A DNA stretch of 64,000 bases. Source: Eubacteriales bacterium. GTDB taxonomy: Bacteria; Bacillota; Clostridia; Oscillospirales; UBA644. How positions within the stretch are numbered: the stretch's first letter is position 1; every line of letters begins with the position of its first letter. Of the stretch, positions 44,819 to 56,592 are shown one piece after another. The notes under the pieces were generated by a model that saw only the letters and a program-made list of their open reading frames with translations, did no database searches and had not been told where the DNA came from. The stretch spans positions 47,326-111,325 of the forward strand of contig JAZPXN010000084.1 of assembly GCA_045543655.1 (NCBI GenBank), read 5' to 3'. The position numbers were made by a program, and so were the translations under genes.

Positions 44819-46243
44819 TTATTCTTTCCCGTTCCAGCAATAGGTGCAGAGCTTGCACTCGTCGATCCCGATCGCCTTGATGATGCCTTCCAGCGACTGG
44901 AATTCCAACGACGAGAAGCCGAAGCGATCGCTGATGGCCCGGCGGAGATTCCGTCCCCGCTCGGTGGAGGCGTCGGAATACTCCTCCAGATAGTCAAAGC
45001 CGGCTTCCCCTTCCAGGTCTACGATGACCCGGCGGGCAAGCAACTCCATCTCACTGTTGGCCCGGGAGAAATTAAGGTATTTGCAGCTATACATAATGGG
45101 CGGGCAACCGGAGCGCATATGAACGCTTCGGGCACCGTTCTCGTAGAGAAAATCCACCGTCTCTTTCAATTGAGTCCCCCGGACGATGGAATCGTCCACG
45201 AAGAGCAGATTTTTATCCTGAATGAATTCCCGAATGGGAATCTGCTTCATCTTGGCCACCCGCTCCCGCTCTGCCTGACGGCTGGGAGTAAAACTTCTGG
45301 CCCAGGTGGGGGTATATTTGATATACGGACGGGCAAAGGGCACGTGACACCGGTTCGCGTAACCGATGGCCAGCGGGGTACCGGAATCGGGAAGTCCGCT
45401 GACGTAATCCAGATCGGCGTGAACGCCGTCTTCCCCGTCCTGCTCTGCAAGAAGGGCGCCGTCCCGATTGCGCATGGCCTCCACGTTGACCCCCTCGTAG
45501 GTAGAGGCAGGATAACCGTAATAGGTCCAGAGGAAAGCGCACATCCGCATCTTTTCACCGGGAGCGACGAGCTGGGTGATCCCTTCGGGAGACAGCTCCA
45601 CCACTTCCCCGGGGCCAAGCTCCTTCACGACGGAATAGCCTAATTTTTCACAGGCAAAGGATTCGAAGGAGGCGCAATAATCCCCTTCCCTCTCTCCGAT
45701 CTCCACGGGGGTGCGGCCCAAAAGGTCACGGGCGACGATCAGATTGCCACCCTCCTTCAAAAGCATAATCGAAGCGGAGCCGTCAATGCATTGCTGGGCA
45801 AAGCGAATCCCTTCGGCCAGACTGTCCCGCTGGCTGATAAGGGCCGCCAAAAGCTCCAGAGAATTGACCCGCCCCCCGGTCATGGCGGAATAATAGCCGC
45901 CGCCGTCGGCAAAATATCGGTCGATCAGATCCTGGGAGTTATTGATCACCCCAACCATGCAGATGGCGTAGGTGCCCAGCTTCGACCGGAAGAGCAGGGG
46001 CTGAGGATCCGCGTCGCTGATACAGCCGATGGCGGAAGTGCCCTGCATCTCGTCAAAAATACGTTCAAACTTGGTTCGGAAGGGGGAATTCTGAATATTG
46101 TGAATTTCTCTCTGCAATCCCCGCTCCGGGCAATAAGCCGCCATCCCTCCCCGGTAAGTGCCAAGATGAGAATGGTAATCCGTGCCGAAAAAGACGTCGG
46201 CGATGGCGTCGGACTTACAGACAGCCCCGAAAAAGCCTCCCAT
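44819..46243 (-). CDS. purF: amidophosphoribosyltransferase-like protein (divergent N-terminus MGGFFG, no Cys after Met)
   Basis: PRTase motif LLFVDDSIVRGTQLK, a C-terminal Cys cluster (CKLCTYCWNGKE) and its position in the pur operon. The N-terminal nucleophile Cys of canonical PurF (MCGI...) is absent. Confidence 0.75.
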   Translation of the reverse strand: MGGFFGAVCKSDAIADVFFGTDYHSHLGTYRGGMAAYCPERGLQREIHNIQNSPFRTKFERIFDEMQGTSAIGCISDADPQPLLFRSKLGTYAICMVGVINNSQDLIDRYFADGGGYYSAMTGGRVNSLELLAALISQRDSLAEGIRFAQQCIDGSASIMLLKEGGNLIVARDLLGRTPVEIGEREGDYCASFESFACEKLGYSVVKELGPGEVVELSPEGITQLVAPGEKMRMCAFLWTYYGYPASTYEGVNVEAMRNRDGALLAEQDGEDGVHADLDYVSGLPDSGTPLAIGYANRCHVPFARPYIKYTPTWARSFTPSRQAERERVAKMKQIPIREFIQDKNLLFVDDSIVRGTQLKETVDFLYENGARSVHMRSGCPPIMYSCKYLNFSRANSEMELLARRVIVDLEGEAGFDYLEEYSDASTERGRNLRRAISDRFGFSSLEFQSLEGIIKAIGIDECKLCTYCWNGKE

Positions 46244-46288
46244 ATATCGATAGATCCTCCATGGAAAATAGTAAGCGAAAGTAAGACC

Positions 46289-46317
46289 CGGACCGCACCT
46301 GTAGGGAGTGCGGTCCG
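46289..46317 (-). promoter_or_regulatory. GC-rich hairpin between purC and purF (possible attenuator or processing site)
   Basis: cggaccgcac-tccctacag-gtgcggtccg on the minus strand, followed by only a weak U-rich stretch. Confidence 0.35.
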
Positions 46318-46330
46318 AGACAAGTCAAAA

Positions 46331-47020
46331 TCAGGCAAAGAAGAGTTTGTTCAGAGTCATAGGATCGACGTATTCGCCGTCCTTATAGACTCGCATATTC
46401 CCGGAAGCGATCTCGTCAATGAGCATAACTTCCCCGTTTTCGTCGTAGCCGAATTCAAACTTGATATCGTACATATCAAGGCCCTTTTCCTTCAGGTCGT
46501 CGGCAACGATCTTGGTGATGGCCTGGGTCATATTCTTCAGGGAATCGTACTGCTCGGCAGTCATAACGCCCAGATCCACCAGACCGTCCTTGGTAACGAG
46601 GGGATCGCCCTTGGCGTCGTTCTTGAAGGTGGTCTCCACGTAAGCGGGGAGATCGGCGCCTTCTTCAATATAGTCGGAGTAGCGGCGATAGAAGGAACCG
46701 ACGGCCTTGTAGCGGCAGATTACCTCCAGCCCCTTACCGAAAGCCTTTGCGGGAAGAACCTCCATGGTGGTATCGGCCAGGTTTGCGCTGACGTAATGGG
46801 TTTTGATCCCTGCGGCGTTGATTTTCTCAAAGAAATAGATGGACATGCGCAGATTGACGTCGCCAACTCCTTCGATGGTGAGGCCGACGGAGTTTTCGCC
46901 GGGATCGAAGACGCCGTCCTTGCCGGTGCAGTCGTCCTTGAACTTCAGCAGATAATTGCCGTTGTCCAGAGCGTAGACGTTCTTGGTTTTGCCGGTGTAG
47001 ACCAGTTTGAGATTTTCCAT
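46331..47020 (-). CDS. purC: phosphoribosylaminoimidazole-succinocarboxamide synthase
   Basis: [16 protein letters not shown] opening, 229 aa. The 452-aa ORF-track version is an upstream read-through across purE in another frame. Confidence 0.9.
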   Translation of the reverse strand: MENLKLVYTGKTKNVYALDNGNYLLKFKDDCTGKDGVFDPGENSVGLTIEGVGDVNLRMSIYFFEKINAAGIKTHYVSANLADTTMEVLPAKAFGKGLEVICRYKAVGSFYRRYSDYIEEGADLPAYVETTFKNDAKGDPLVTKDGLVDLGVMTAEQYDSLKNMTQAITKIVADDLKEKGLDMYDIKFEFGYDENGEVMLIDEIASGNMRVYKDGEYVDPMTLNKLFFA

Positions 47021-47070
47021 AGTTTTACCTCTTTCGTAAAATGAATATAACAGGGTGAATGATAAAAAAC

Positions 47071-47565
47071 TCAGTGATTGAACTCTGCCTCCACGGCAGC
47101 GTTCTTGCCCCGGACGGCGTCGGCGTCGGCGGCGCGCTTCGCATCCAGCTTCGCAGCCAGATCGGCGTCGGAAACCGCCAGGATCTGCAACGCCAACAAA
47201 GCGGCGTTCCCTCCTCCGTTGACAGCAACGGTCGCCACGGGAATCCCGGTAGGCATCTGCACGGTGGAGAGAAGAGCGTCCACACCGCTCAAGGGACCCG
47301 ACTCTGCAGGAATCCCGATCACGGGCAGGGTGGTATTGGCGGCGAGGGCGCCGGCCAGATGGGCGGCCATCCCGGCCACGGCAATGATAGCGCCGAACCC
47401 GTTGGCGCGGGCGTTGAGCGCAAAATCCCGGGCCTCCACGGGAGTACGGTGGGCGGAATAAACGTGAACCTCGTAGGGCACCTCGAAAGAATCGAGGATC
47501 GCGGTCGCTTTCCGGATGACGGGAAGGTCGCTGTCGCTCCCCATGACGATACCGATCTTTTTCAT
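47071..47565 (-). CDS. purE: N5-carboxyaminoimidazole ribonucleotide mutase
   Basis: [16 protein letters not shown] opening and PVIGIP motif, 164 aa. Confidence 0.95.
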   Translation of the reverse strand: MKKIGIVMGSDSDLPVIRKATAILDSFEVPYEVHVYSAHRTPVEARDFALNARANGFGAIIAVAGMAAHLAGALAANTTLPVIGIPAESGPLSGVDALLSTVQMPTGIPVATVAVNGGGNAALLALQILAVSDADLAAKLDAKRAADADAVRGKNAAVEAEFNH

Positions 47566-47608
47566 AAAAACCTCCTGAACGGGTGAAATAGCGTAAAAAA
47601 AGGGGCCA

Positions 47609-47715
47609 TAAAAACAAAAGAGGGCACACTCCCCTTCGGAAGCGTGCCCAGACGGTCGGCGATACAGATTCTTTGTTCCACGTGGTCAATCCACTTCCGT
47701 CAGTAGCAAAGAACC
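47609..47715 (-). promoter_or_regulatory. ZTP riboswitch (pfl motif) with an overlapping intrinsic terminator
   Basis: The minus strand reads ggUUCUUUGcuACUGACGGAAGUGGAUUGACCACGUGGAACAAAGAAuc...CGCCGACCGUCUGGGCAC. P1 is UUCUUUG/CAAAGAA, P2 is GUGG/CCAC, and the pseudoknot is GACGG/CCGUC, followed by the conserved CUGGGCA. The terminator GGGCACGCUUCC-GAA-GGGGAGUGUGCCC + UCUUUUGUUUUU shares the GGGCAC with the aptamer 3' end. Confidence 0.8.
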
Positions 47716-47747
47716 GAAGAAGACGGTCAAAAAAACCATCTGCCTAT

Positions 47748-47776
47748 ATTATATCATAGCATTATAAAATTGTCAA
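47748..47776 (-). promoter_or_regulatory. sigma-70-type promoter (TTGACA-17-TATAAT) of the pur unit
   Basis: Perfect hexamers with a 17-nt spacer on the minus strand, just upstream of the riboswitch. Confidence 0.7.
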
Positions 47777-47833
47777 TCCGGGAAATTGCAAAAAATTTGG
47801 AACAATTTACGCCGATTTCCGGCAGTTTTCCCA

Positions 47834-48307
47834 TTATTCCGGATCGGTGACGCCGTACCCCCGCTTGTTCAGGATATTCCTCAACTCTTCCATGAAGGAT
47901 TCGGTATCCTTGAACTGACGGTAGACCGAAGCGTAACGGACGTAAGCAACGTCGTCGATCTCCCGGAGCTTGTCCATGACCAGCTCCCCGATGCGGGAGG
48001 ACGAAACCTCTTTATCCAGATCGCTTACCAGGGAGTTTTCGATATCGGAGGCGCACTGCTCCAGCACGGGATAAGGAATCGGGCGCTTTCCGCAGGCCTT
48101 CAGCATACTGGAAAGAACCTTTTCCCGATCGAAGATCTCCCGGGATTTGTCTTTTTTGACCACCACGAGGGGGGAGTGCTCCACGGCTTCGAAGGTGGTG
48201 AACCGGCGTCCGCAGGATTCGCACTCCCGGCGCCGTTTGATACGGTCGTCGGCGTGGCGGGAATCGAGAACTTTACTGTCCATACATCCGCAAAAAGGGC
48301 ATTTCAT
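47834..48307 (-). CDS. nrdR: transcriptional repressor NrdR
   Basis: MKCPFCGCMDSKVLDSR zinc ribbon followed by an ATP-cone, 157 aa. Confidence 0.95.
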   Translation of the reverse strand: MKCPFCGCMDSKVLDSRHADDRIKRRRECESCGRRFTTFEAVEHSPLVVVKKDKSREIFDREKVLSSMLKACGKRPIPYPVLEQCASDIENSLVSDLDKEVSSSRIGELVMDKLREIDDVAYVRYASVYRQFKDTESFMEELRNILNKRGYGVTDPE

Positions 48308-48367
48308 AGGGTTTTCTCCTTATCTCCGGCATAAAGCCGGCGAGGGCGACGTATTTATGATATCGAC

Positions 48368-48396
48368 ATTATACATTATTTTTGCAATTTTGTCAA
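48368..48396 (-). promoter_or_regulatory. sigma-70-type promoter (TTGACA-17-TATAAT) of nrdR
   Basis: Minus strand: TTGACAaaattgcaaaaataatgTATAAT. Confidence 0.65.
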
Positions 48397-48415
48397 GTGC
48401 GAGGGAGGCTTTTCC

Positions 48416-48994
48416 GTGAAAAAAGCGTGGAGGATGGCGGGCGCGATCCCGGTTTACCCGGCAATACTGCTGGCGGGAGGTTGGATTCTGGGGTACGGAG
48501 CGGTGCGGGTACTGCTGCTCGGCCTGCTTGCGGCGGGAGCAACCGCCCTTGCGGCAATCTTACTCCGCCCCCGAAAGGAAAACGCACTCCCGGCAGGCTT
48601 CCGCAGGGATCTTGGGGCGCTGAAAAAAGCCGTGGAACGGATCGAAAACCGGGCGGTCTTCCGAGCGGGCAACGAGATCGTCACGGAGCTGAAGCAATGC
48701 GAGACGAATCTCCCCTATCTGTCGGCGTCGGCCCGGGGAGAAATCACGGATTATTACCTGCCGGCCTTTCTGAAATATTTTTCTGCGTATGCAACTTTTG
48801 AAAAATGCAACGAGGGGAACGAAACGGTATTGTCCACCATGGAGCATATGGAGCACTCCATCGGGCGCATCGCCGAAAATTTCCGCCGCGCCTGCGACCG
48901 GAATCACCAAACTGCAAGCTTGAATCTCCGGGCGGAAACGGCGGTATTGTCCAAAAAACTGAATTCGGGAGGAATCGACGATGCAAGAGCGTAA
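48416..48994 (+). CDS. XpaC-like (5-bromo-4-chloroindolyl phosphate hydrolysis family) membrane protein
   Basis: GTG start with a GGGAGG SD and two N-terminal TM helices. It overlaps and precedes telA, as in the xpaC-yaaN pairing of Bacillus. Confidence 0.55.
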   Translation: MKKAWRMAGAIPVYPAILLAGGWILGYGAVRVLLLGLLAAGATALAAILLRPRKENALPAGFRRDLGALKKAVERIENRAVFRAGNEIVTELKQCETNLPYLSASARGEITDYYLPAFLKYFSAYATFEKCNEGNETVLSTMEHMEHSIGRIAENFRRACDRNHQTASLNLRAETAVLSKKLNSGGIDDARA

Positions 48995-50030
48995 CGCCGT
49001 GGTATTGCCCCGGCTTGACGACGTGAACGCGGTGCTGAATTACGGCGCCGACGCCCAGGCGAGAGTAGCGGAGTTTTCGGAGATCGCCCTGCAGGAGCTG
49101 AACGGAACGGATCCCGATCAAATCGGCGAAAAGATGCGGGAGCTGATCGTAAGGCTGCGGGAGGAGGACCCCGGAGAAAAGTCTGGATTCATGCGGCTTT
49201 TTCACAAATATTCCACGACGGGAGAAGGGCTGAAAAGTCGCTATCGGAGGGCCTTGGGGGCGGTGGATAAGATCGCGCTTTCCCTGCAGGGACACCGGGA
49301 TCTTTTGATGAAAGACATCGAGATGCTGGAGCAATTATACGCCATGAACCGGGAGCAGTACGGCCGGCTTTCCGAGTACGTGACGAAGGGCAGGGCTCAT
49401 CTGGAGATCTTCCGGGAAACGGTGCTTCTTCCCCTGCGGAAGCAGGCGGAGGGAAGCGAGGATCCCGTAATTGCCCAGAGCCTGCGAGACGGAGAAGAGC
49501 AGGCGCTGCGATTTGAGAAAAAGCTCCACGATCTGGAGCTGACCGGCGCAGTATCCCTCCAGATGGCGCCTCAAATAAGAATACTACAAAACAACAATAC
49601 GATGATGGCCGAAAAAATTCAATCCTCTCTTCGCAACGCCATTCCCCTGTGGAAGAGCCAGATGGTGCTGACCTTGGGGACGGAAAACACCCGGGCGGCG
49701 CTGAAAATGCAGGAGCAGGTGGCAGGGATCACCGATGAATTGCTGAAGCGGAATGCGGAGCTTTTGCGGGATACGACGGTAGCGGTAGCGCGGCAGGCAG
49801 AGGGCGGATGCATTTCCCTTGAAACCCTTCGGGAGACCAACCGGATCCTGATCGAAACCTTCGACGAGGTTCTGAAGCTGCGGGAGGAAGGTCGTCAAGC
49901 CCGGAGAGACGCCCGTCAAGAGCTGGGAAGGCTGGATCAGCAGATCCGTCTGCGGCTGATCGGATCCCCCTCCGCACCCCCTTTGCCGGGGACTCCGGAG
50001 CAGGCGCAAAAAACACCTCCCCTTGGGTAA
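48981..50030 (+). CDS. telA: toxic anion resistance protein TelA family
   Basis: Helical ~350-aa protein whose N-terminal region (LDDVNAVLNYGADAQARVAEFSE) is typical of TelA/YaaN. Confidence 0.85.
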   Translation: MQERNAVVLPRLDDVNAVLNYGADAQARVAEFSEIALQELNGTDPDQIGEKMRELIVRLREEDPGEKSGFMRLFHKYSTTGEGLKSRYRRALGAVDKIALSLQGHRDLLMKDIEMLEQLYAMNREQYGRLSEYVTKGRAHLEIFRETVLLPLRKQAEGSEDPVIAQSLRDGEEQALRFEKKLHDLELTGAVSLQMAPQIRILQNNNTMMAEKIQSSLRNAIPLWKSQMVLTLGTENTRAALKMQEQVAGITDELLKRNAELLRDTTVAVARQAEGGCISLETLRETNRILIETFDEVLKLREEGRQARRDARQELGRLDQQIRLRLIGSPSAPPLPGTPEQAQKTPPLG

Positions 50031-50047
50031 GGGGAGGTGCAATTTTT
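50014..50047. terminator. intrinsic terminator overlapping the telA 3' end
   Basis: cacctcccc-ttgggtaa-ggggaggtg followed by caattttt. Confidence 0.7.
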
Positions 50048-50050
50048 GGC

Positions 50051-51418
50051 TTACGCCGCGGCTTTATACCGTTGGATCCAGCGGCCGGTGAAATAACGGA
50101 TCCCGAAAAGGACCGCCCGGAAGACCCAGTCGACGTACATGGCCATCCACACGCCGGAAACGCCGAAGCCGAGGCCGGGGATTTCAAGACCGAAGAGGGC
50201 GACCGATTCCAGGGAAAGAACGTATCCCAGCGCCACCCGGAAAACCCACATCGAAGAGACCGAAACGATCATGGAGAAGCGGACGTCCGACGCCGACCGG
50301 AAAATATGGGGCGTGGTAAAGGCGACGGGCCAGATCAGCGATCCCACCGCGCTGTGGGTCAGAAGCAAAAACCGGATCAATCCCTCCGTTTCCGCCGAGG
50401 TATGATAAATGCCGATAATAGGATCGGCCAGCAGAACCATCGTAAGATTCACGAACCAAAGACAGGCGTAGGTGGAAAAGAGCAGAATACGGGAATATTT
50501 CTTCGCCTGCCCCAATTCTCCGGCACCGATGCACCGTCCCACCACCGTGACGATGGCAAGGCCGATGGCGGTCCCGGGCATATACTGGAAATTGACCAGA
50601 CTCATGGCTACGGCGTTGCCGGCAATGGCGGTGGTCCCCATAGACGAGATCAGACTTTGGGTCATCAGCTTGCCGAACTGGAACATACAGCTTTCCACGC
50701 CGCTGGGAACGCCGATCCGCAAAATCCGCTTGATCACACCGAAATCCGGCCGATAATGGAAAAGCTTTTCCACGTAGACGGGATTCTTTTTATTGTGAAG
50801 AAGCGCCATAGCGATCACGGCGCCGACGATCCGGGCAAACAGCGTGGCAACGGCGGCCCCCATCGCTTCCAGATGAAAAACGTAGATCATCAGAGCGTTT
50901 CCGGCCACGTTCAGAAGATTCATGAATACGGAAATCCCCATAGACGCGCCGGTCTTTCCCATCGACCGAAGCAGCGCCGCCCCGGCGTTTTCTACCGCAA
51001 GGAAGGGAAAGGACAACGCCATGAAGAAGAAATATTTCCGGGCGTGCCCCATAACGTCGGCGTCCGCGTCGCCAAAGAGAAGATTCAAAAGCGGAACCCG
51101 GAAGATCAGCACCGTCACGGACACGAAAAGCGCCATGGCCGTAGCCACGTAGATCAACTGCTTGGAGGAATTGAGAACAAGCTCCCGTTTTCCCTTCCCC
51201 AGCGCCTGGGAAACCACGACGGATCCGCCGGCAACAAGGGAGGAAAAGAGCAAAATCAGCACCATATCCAACGACCCGACCAGCGAAACGCCGGAGACCG
51301 CCGCCTCACTGACCGAGGAGACCATGACCGAGTCGATCATGCCGATCAAAACGGCCAGAATCTGCTGAATAATCAGCGGAACGGTGATTTTCAGAAGGTC
51401 CTTACGACTGAACAGCAT
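50051..51418 (-). CDS. MATE-family efflux transporter
   Basis: 12-TM protein with the typical opening LLKITVPLIIQQILAVLIGMIDSVMV. Start placed at ATG 51418. Confidence 0.9.
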   Translation of the reverse strand: MLFSRKDLLKITVPLIIQQILAVLIGMIDSVMVSSVSEAAVSGVSLVGSLDMVLILLFSSLVAGGSVVVSQALGKGKRELVLNSSKQLIYVATAMALFVSVTVLIFRVPLLNLLFGDADADVMGHARKYFFFMALSFPFLAVENAGAALLRSMGKTGASMGISVFMNLLNVAGNALMIYVFHLEAMGAAVATLFARIVGAVIAMALLHNKKNPVYVEKLFHYRPDFGVIKRILRIGVPSGVESCMFQFGKLMTQSLISSMGTTAIAGNAVAMSLVNFQYMPGTAIGLAIVTVVGRCIGAGELGQAKKYSRILLFSTYACLWFVNLTMVLLADPIIGIYHTSAETEGLIRFLLLTHSAVGSLIWPVAFTTPHIFRSASDVRFSMIVSVSSMWVFRVALGYVLSLESVALFGLEIPGLGFGVSGVWMAMYVDWVFRAVLFGIRYFTGRWIQRYKAAA

Positions 51419-51540
51419 CGGCATTCCCCCTTTCGTACTTCGCCAGTATAGCACGGAACTATGACTTTTTCTTGCCAAAAGAGAAACTTATTTCGTGCAT
51501 TGCAAGGCCGGACGGAAATCCCCGTCCGGCTTCCTTTTTT

Positions 51541-54681
<3,141 letters not shown>

Positions 54682-54683
54682 TT

Positions 54684-55469
54684 ATGTATCACGTTGCACC
54701 CTCCGACGAACGGGCCCTCCGGAATTTGCCCTTCTGCCTCATCACGGCGGGACACGGGCACGCCCAGGAAATGAGGGACCGTCCCAACGGAATGGAAAGT
54801 CATCATATCTTCGTGGTGGAAAAGGGCGTTGGAATCTTCGAAAGCGCGCAGGGCCGGCAACGGATCGAAGCGGGGACGGCGATCTTTCTGCCGAAACGGT
54901 ATCCCCATAAGTATTACGGAACCGACGACACCCTGCGGACGGGGTGGGTGACCTTCGACGGATGCGGAGCGGAGGGGCTTTTGAATTATTTTCGGGCGGA
55001 GCCTATGGCGCGCTGTCCGGCAGAGGAGCTGAATCCGGGGACGGCGGAATTTTGCCGGATGATCCAGCGAAAAGAATCTCCGGAACGAATCTCTGCCGAG
55101 CTGTATCGCCTTTTGGTATCCTTTTTCACCGCCACGAAGCGAAAAGCGGAGCCCCGGCTGGAGCAAGCAAAGCAGTTCATCGAAAAAAACTACGCAAAGG
55201 ATCTTCCCGTAGACGATATCGCCGCCGCTGCGGGGATCTCCCCGTCGCTTCTTTACCGGCTGTTCCGGGAAAACGGACAGACGCCGGTGGAATATCTGCG
55301 CCGCGTCCGCATTGAGAAGGCAAAGGAATTCTTATTAAACGACCCCCGAAGAAACGTTCTTTCGGTGTCTGAGGGGTGCGGATTTTCCGATTTCTCCTAT
55401 TTCTGCAAGGTATTCCGGGAGGAAACCGGAGTAACACCGGGCGGCTTCCGCAAAAAATATCTTCCGTAA
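54684..55469 (+). CDS. AraC-family transcriptional regulator (divergent from the GH2 gene)
   Basis: Cupin N-terminus and a C-terminal AraC HTH (VDDIAAAAGISPSLLYRLFRENGQTPVEYLRRVRIEKAKEFL). Confidence 0.85.
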   Translation: MYHVAPSDERALRNLPFCLITAGHGHAQEMRDRPNGMESHHIFVVEKGVGIFESAQGRQRIEAGTAIFLPKRYPHKYYGTDDTLRTGWVTFDGCGAEGLLNYFRAEPMARCPAEELNPGTAEFCRMIQRKESPERISAELYRLLVSFFTATKRKAEPRLEQAKQFIEKNYAKDLPVDDIAAAAGISPSLLYRLFRENGQTPVEYLRRVRIEKAKEFLLNDPRRNVLSVSEGCGFSDFSYFCKVFREETGVTPGGFRKKYLP

Positions 55470-55475
55470 CGAAAC

Positions 55476-55517
55476 GCGTCCCCGATCCGGTCTTTCGGAT
55501 CAGGGACGCGCTTTTTT
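55476..55517. terminator. bidirectional intrinsic terminator
   Basis: gcgtccccgatcc-ggtctttc-ggatcagggacgc followed by cttttttatt. Confidence 0.75.
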
Positions 55518-56193
55518 ATTCTTCCCGGCGGCGCAGCAGACTGTGCTGGGCGCGGAAAGCGTCTTCCTTCGTGGTAATCTTGAAGTTTTCCCCCTGGCAG
55601 AGGATCATCCGGACCCGTCCACCGGCGGCACGTACCATTCCGGCGTCGTCGGTATAGCTTTCTCCGGCGGCCTCGGCGCAGGCCCTCCGAAAGAGAGAGA
55701 TTTCGAAAATCTGCGGGGTAGCGGCAGCCATGAGAAAAGACCGGTCGGGAGTACGGAGAATAAAGCCTTCCTCATCGATCTGCTGGATCGTGTCCACCAC
55801 GGGGGTCCCGGCACAGACGGCCCCGTATTTCAAAGTATTGCGATGAAGGCGGTCGATCTCGTCGGGGAGAATCAGGGGGCGGGCGGCGTCGTGAACCGAC
55901 ACATAGTCAACCTCCGGAAGAGCGTTCAAGCCGCAGATCACCGAATCCTGCCGGGTCTTTCCGCCCTCCACAACCGCCGTAACCTTGGGAAAGTCTGCCG
56001 CCAACTCCCGGACGAAGCAAAGGCTTTCCCTCCGGGTGGGGATCACGATGGCAGACACGGTCTTTGCCTGCTCGAAGGCGTTAAGGGTGTGCCACAGCAC
56101 CGGCTTTCCGCAAAGATCGAACATCAATTTATCTTCCCCGAACCGACTCCCGGAGCCGGCCGCAGGAATGATCACACCGAAGGTCTTGGCCAT
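55516..56193 (-). CDS. ispD: 2-C-methyl-D-erythritol 4-phosphate cytidylyltransferase
   Basis: GVIIPAAGSGSRFG motif. Start at ATG 56193 with a GGGAGG SD. Confidence 0.9.
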   Translation of the reverse strand: MAKTFGVIIPAAGSGSRFGEDKLMFDLCGKPVLWHTLNAFEQAKTVSAIVIPTRRESLCFVRELAADFPKVTAVVEGGKTRQDSVICGLNALPEVDYVSVHDAARPLILPDEIDRLHRNTLKYGAVCAGTPVVDTIQQIDEEGFILRTPDRSFLMAAATPQIFEISLFRRACAEAAGESYTDDAGMVRAAGGRVRMILCQGENFKITTKEDAFRAQHSLLRRREE

Positions 56194-56239
56194 AACTACC
56201 TCCCAGATAGCAAAGTATGATTTCAAAGTTAATTTTCTT

Positions 56240-56443
56240 CCGAAGCATGAATTACAATGCACCTGCCCCGGCCCGTCAGGGTTGGGGAAGGGGGACCGCC
56301 CGAAGGGTGGTGGAAGGGGGCAAACGATACGCTTGCACCCAAAGCAGAATCACTACCGAAGCATGAATTACAATGCACCTGCCCCGGCCCGTCAGGGTTG
56401 GGGAAGGGGGACCGCCCGAAGGGTGGTGGAAGGGGGGCAAACG
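56240..56443. repeat. two direct copies of an ~87-nt GC-rich, hairpin-forming element (period 116 nt)
   Basis: Copy 1 at 56240-56326 and copy 2 at 56356-56443 are identical apart from one extra G. Sequence: ccgaagcatgaattacaatgcacctgccccggcccgtcagggttggggaagggggaccgcccgaagggtggtggaagggggcaaacg. Confidence 0.9.
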
Positions 56444-56592
56444 CGACGATTGCGTCCCGTATTTTATTATACCACCTGAGAGCATTTTTGTCAAGGGAAT
56501 GCGGACTTTTCAGAAATGTCACGATTCCGTGGCAAAATCTTAATAATATCATAGTATTATAAAATATATACGCTTCGAAAGGATTGTTTGAA

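Noticed and set aside
46331-47689. 452-aa version of the purC ORF extending upstream over purE
   Set aside because: The N-terminal 223 aa are an Arg/Gly/Pro-rich out-of-frame read-through of purE. The conserved PurC sequence starts at ATG 47020 ([16 protein letters not shown]).
47609-47740. Purine (guanine/adenine) riboswitch or T-box upstream of purE
   Set aside because: The leader lacks the three-way-junction purine aptamer consensus and T-box specifier/antiterminator features. Its helices and the CCGUCUGGGCA 3' element fit the ZTP/pfl motif instead.
51490-51535. Hairpin gccggacgg/ccgtccggc plus T8 between the GH2 and MATE genes as their terminator
   Set aside because: The T-tract is on the plus strand, whereas both neighbouring genes are on the minus strand. 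It may still pause or terminate minus-strand transcription weakly, but I cannot support a confident terminator call or a plus-strand gene that would use it.
56240-56443. Possible CRISPR array
   Set aside because: There are only two repeats, each 87 nt long, separated by a single 29-nt spacer. No cas genes or leader are present. It is reported as a structured tandem repeat instead.
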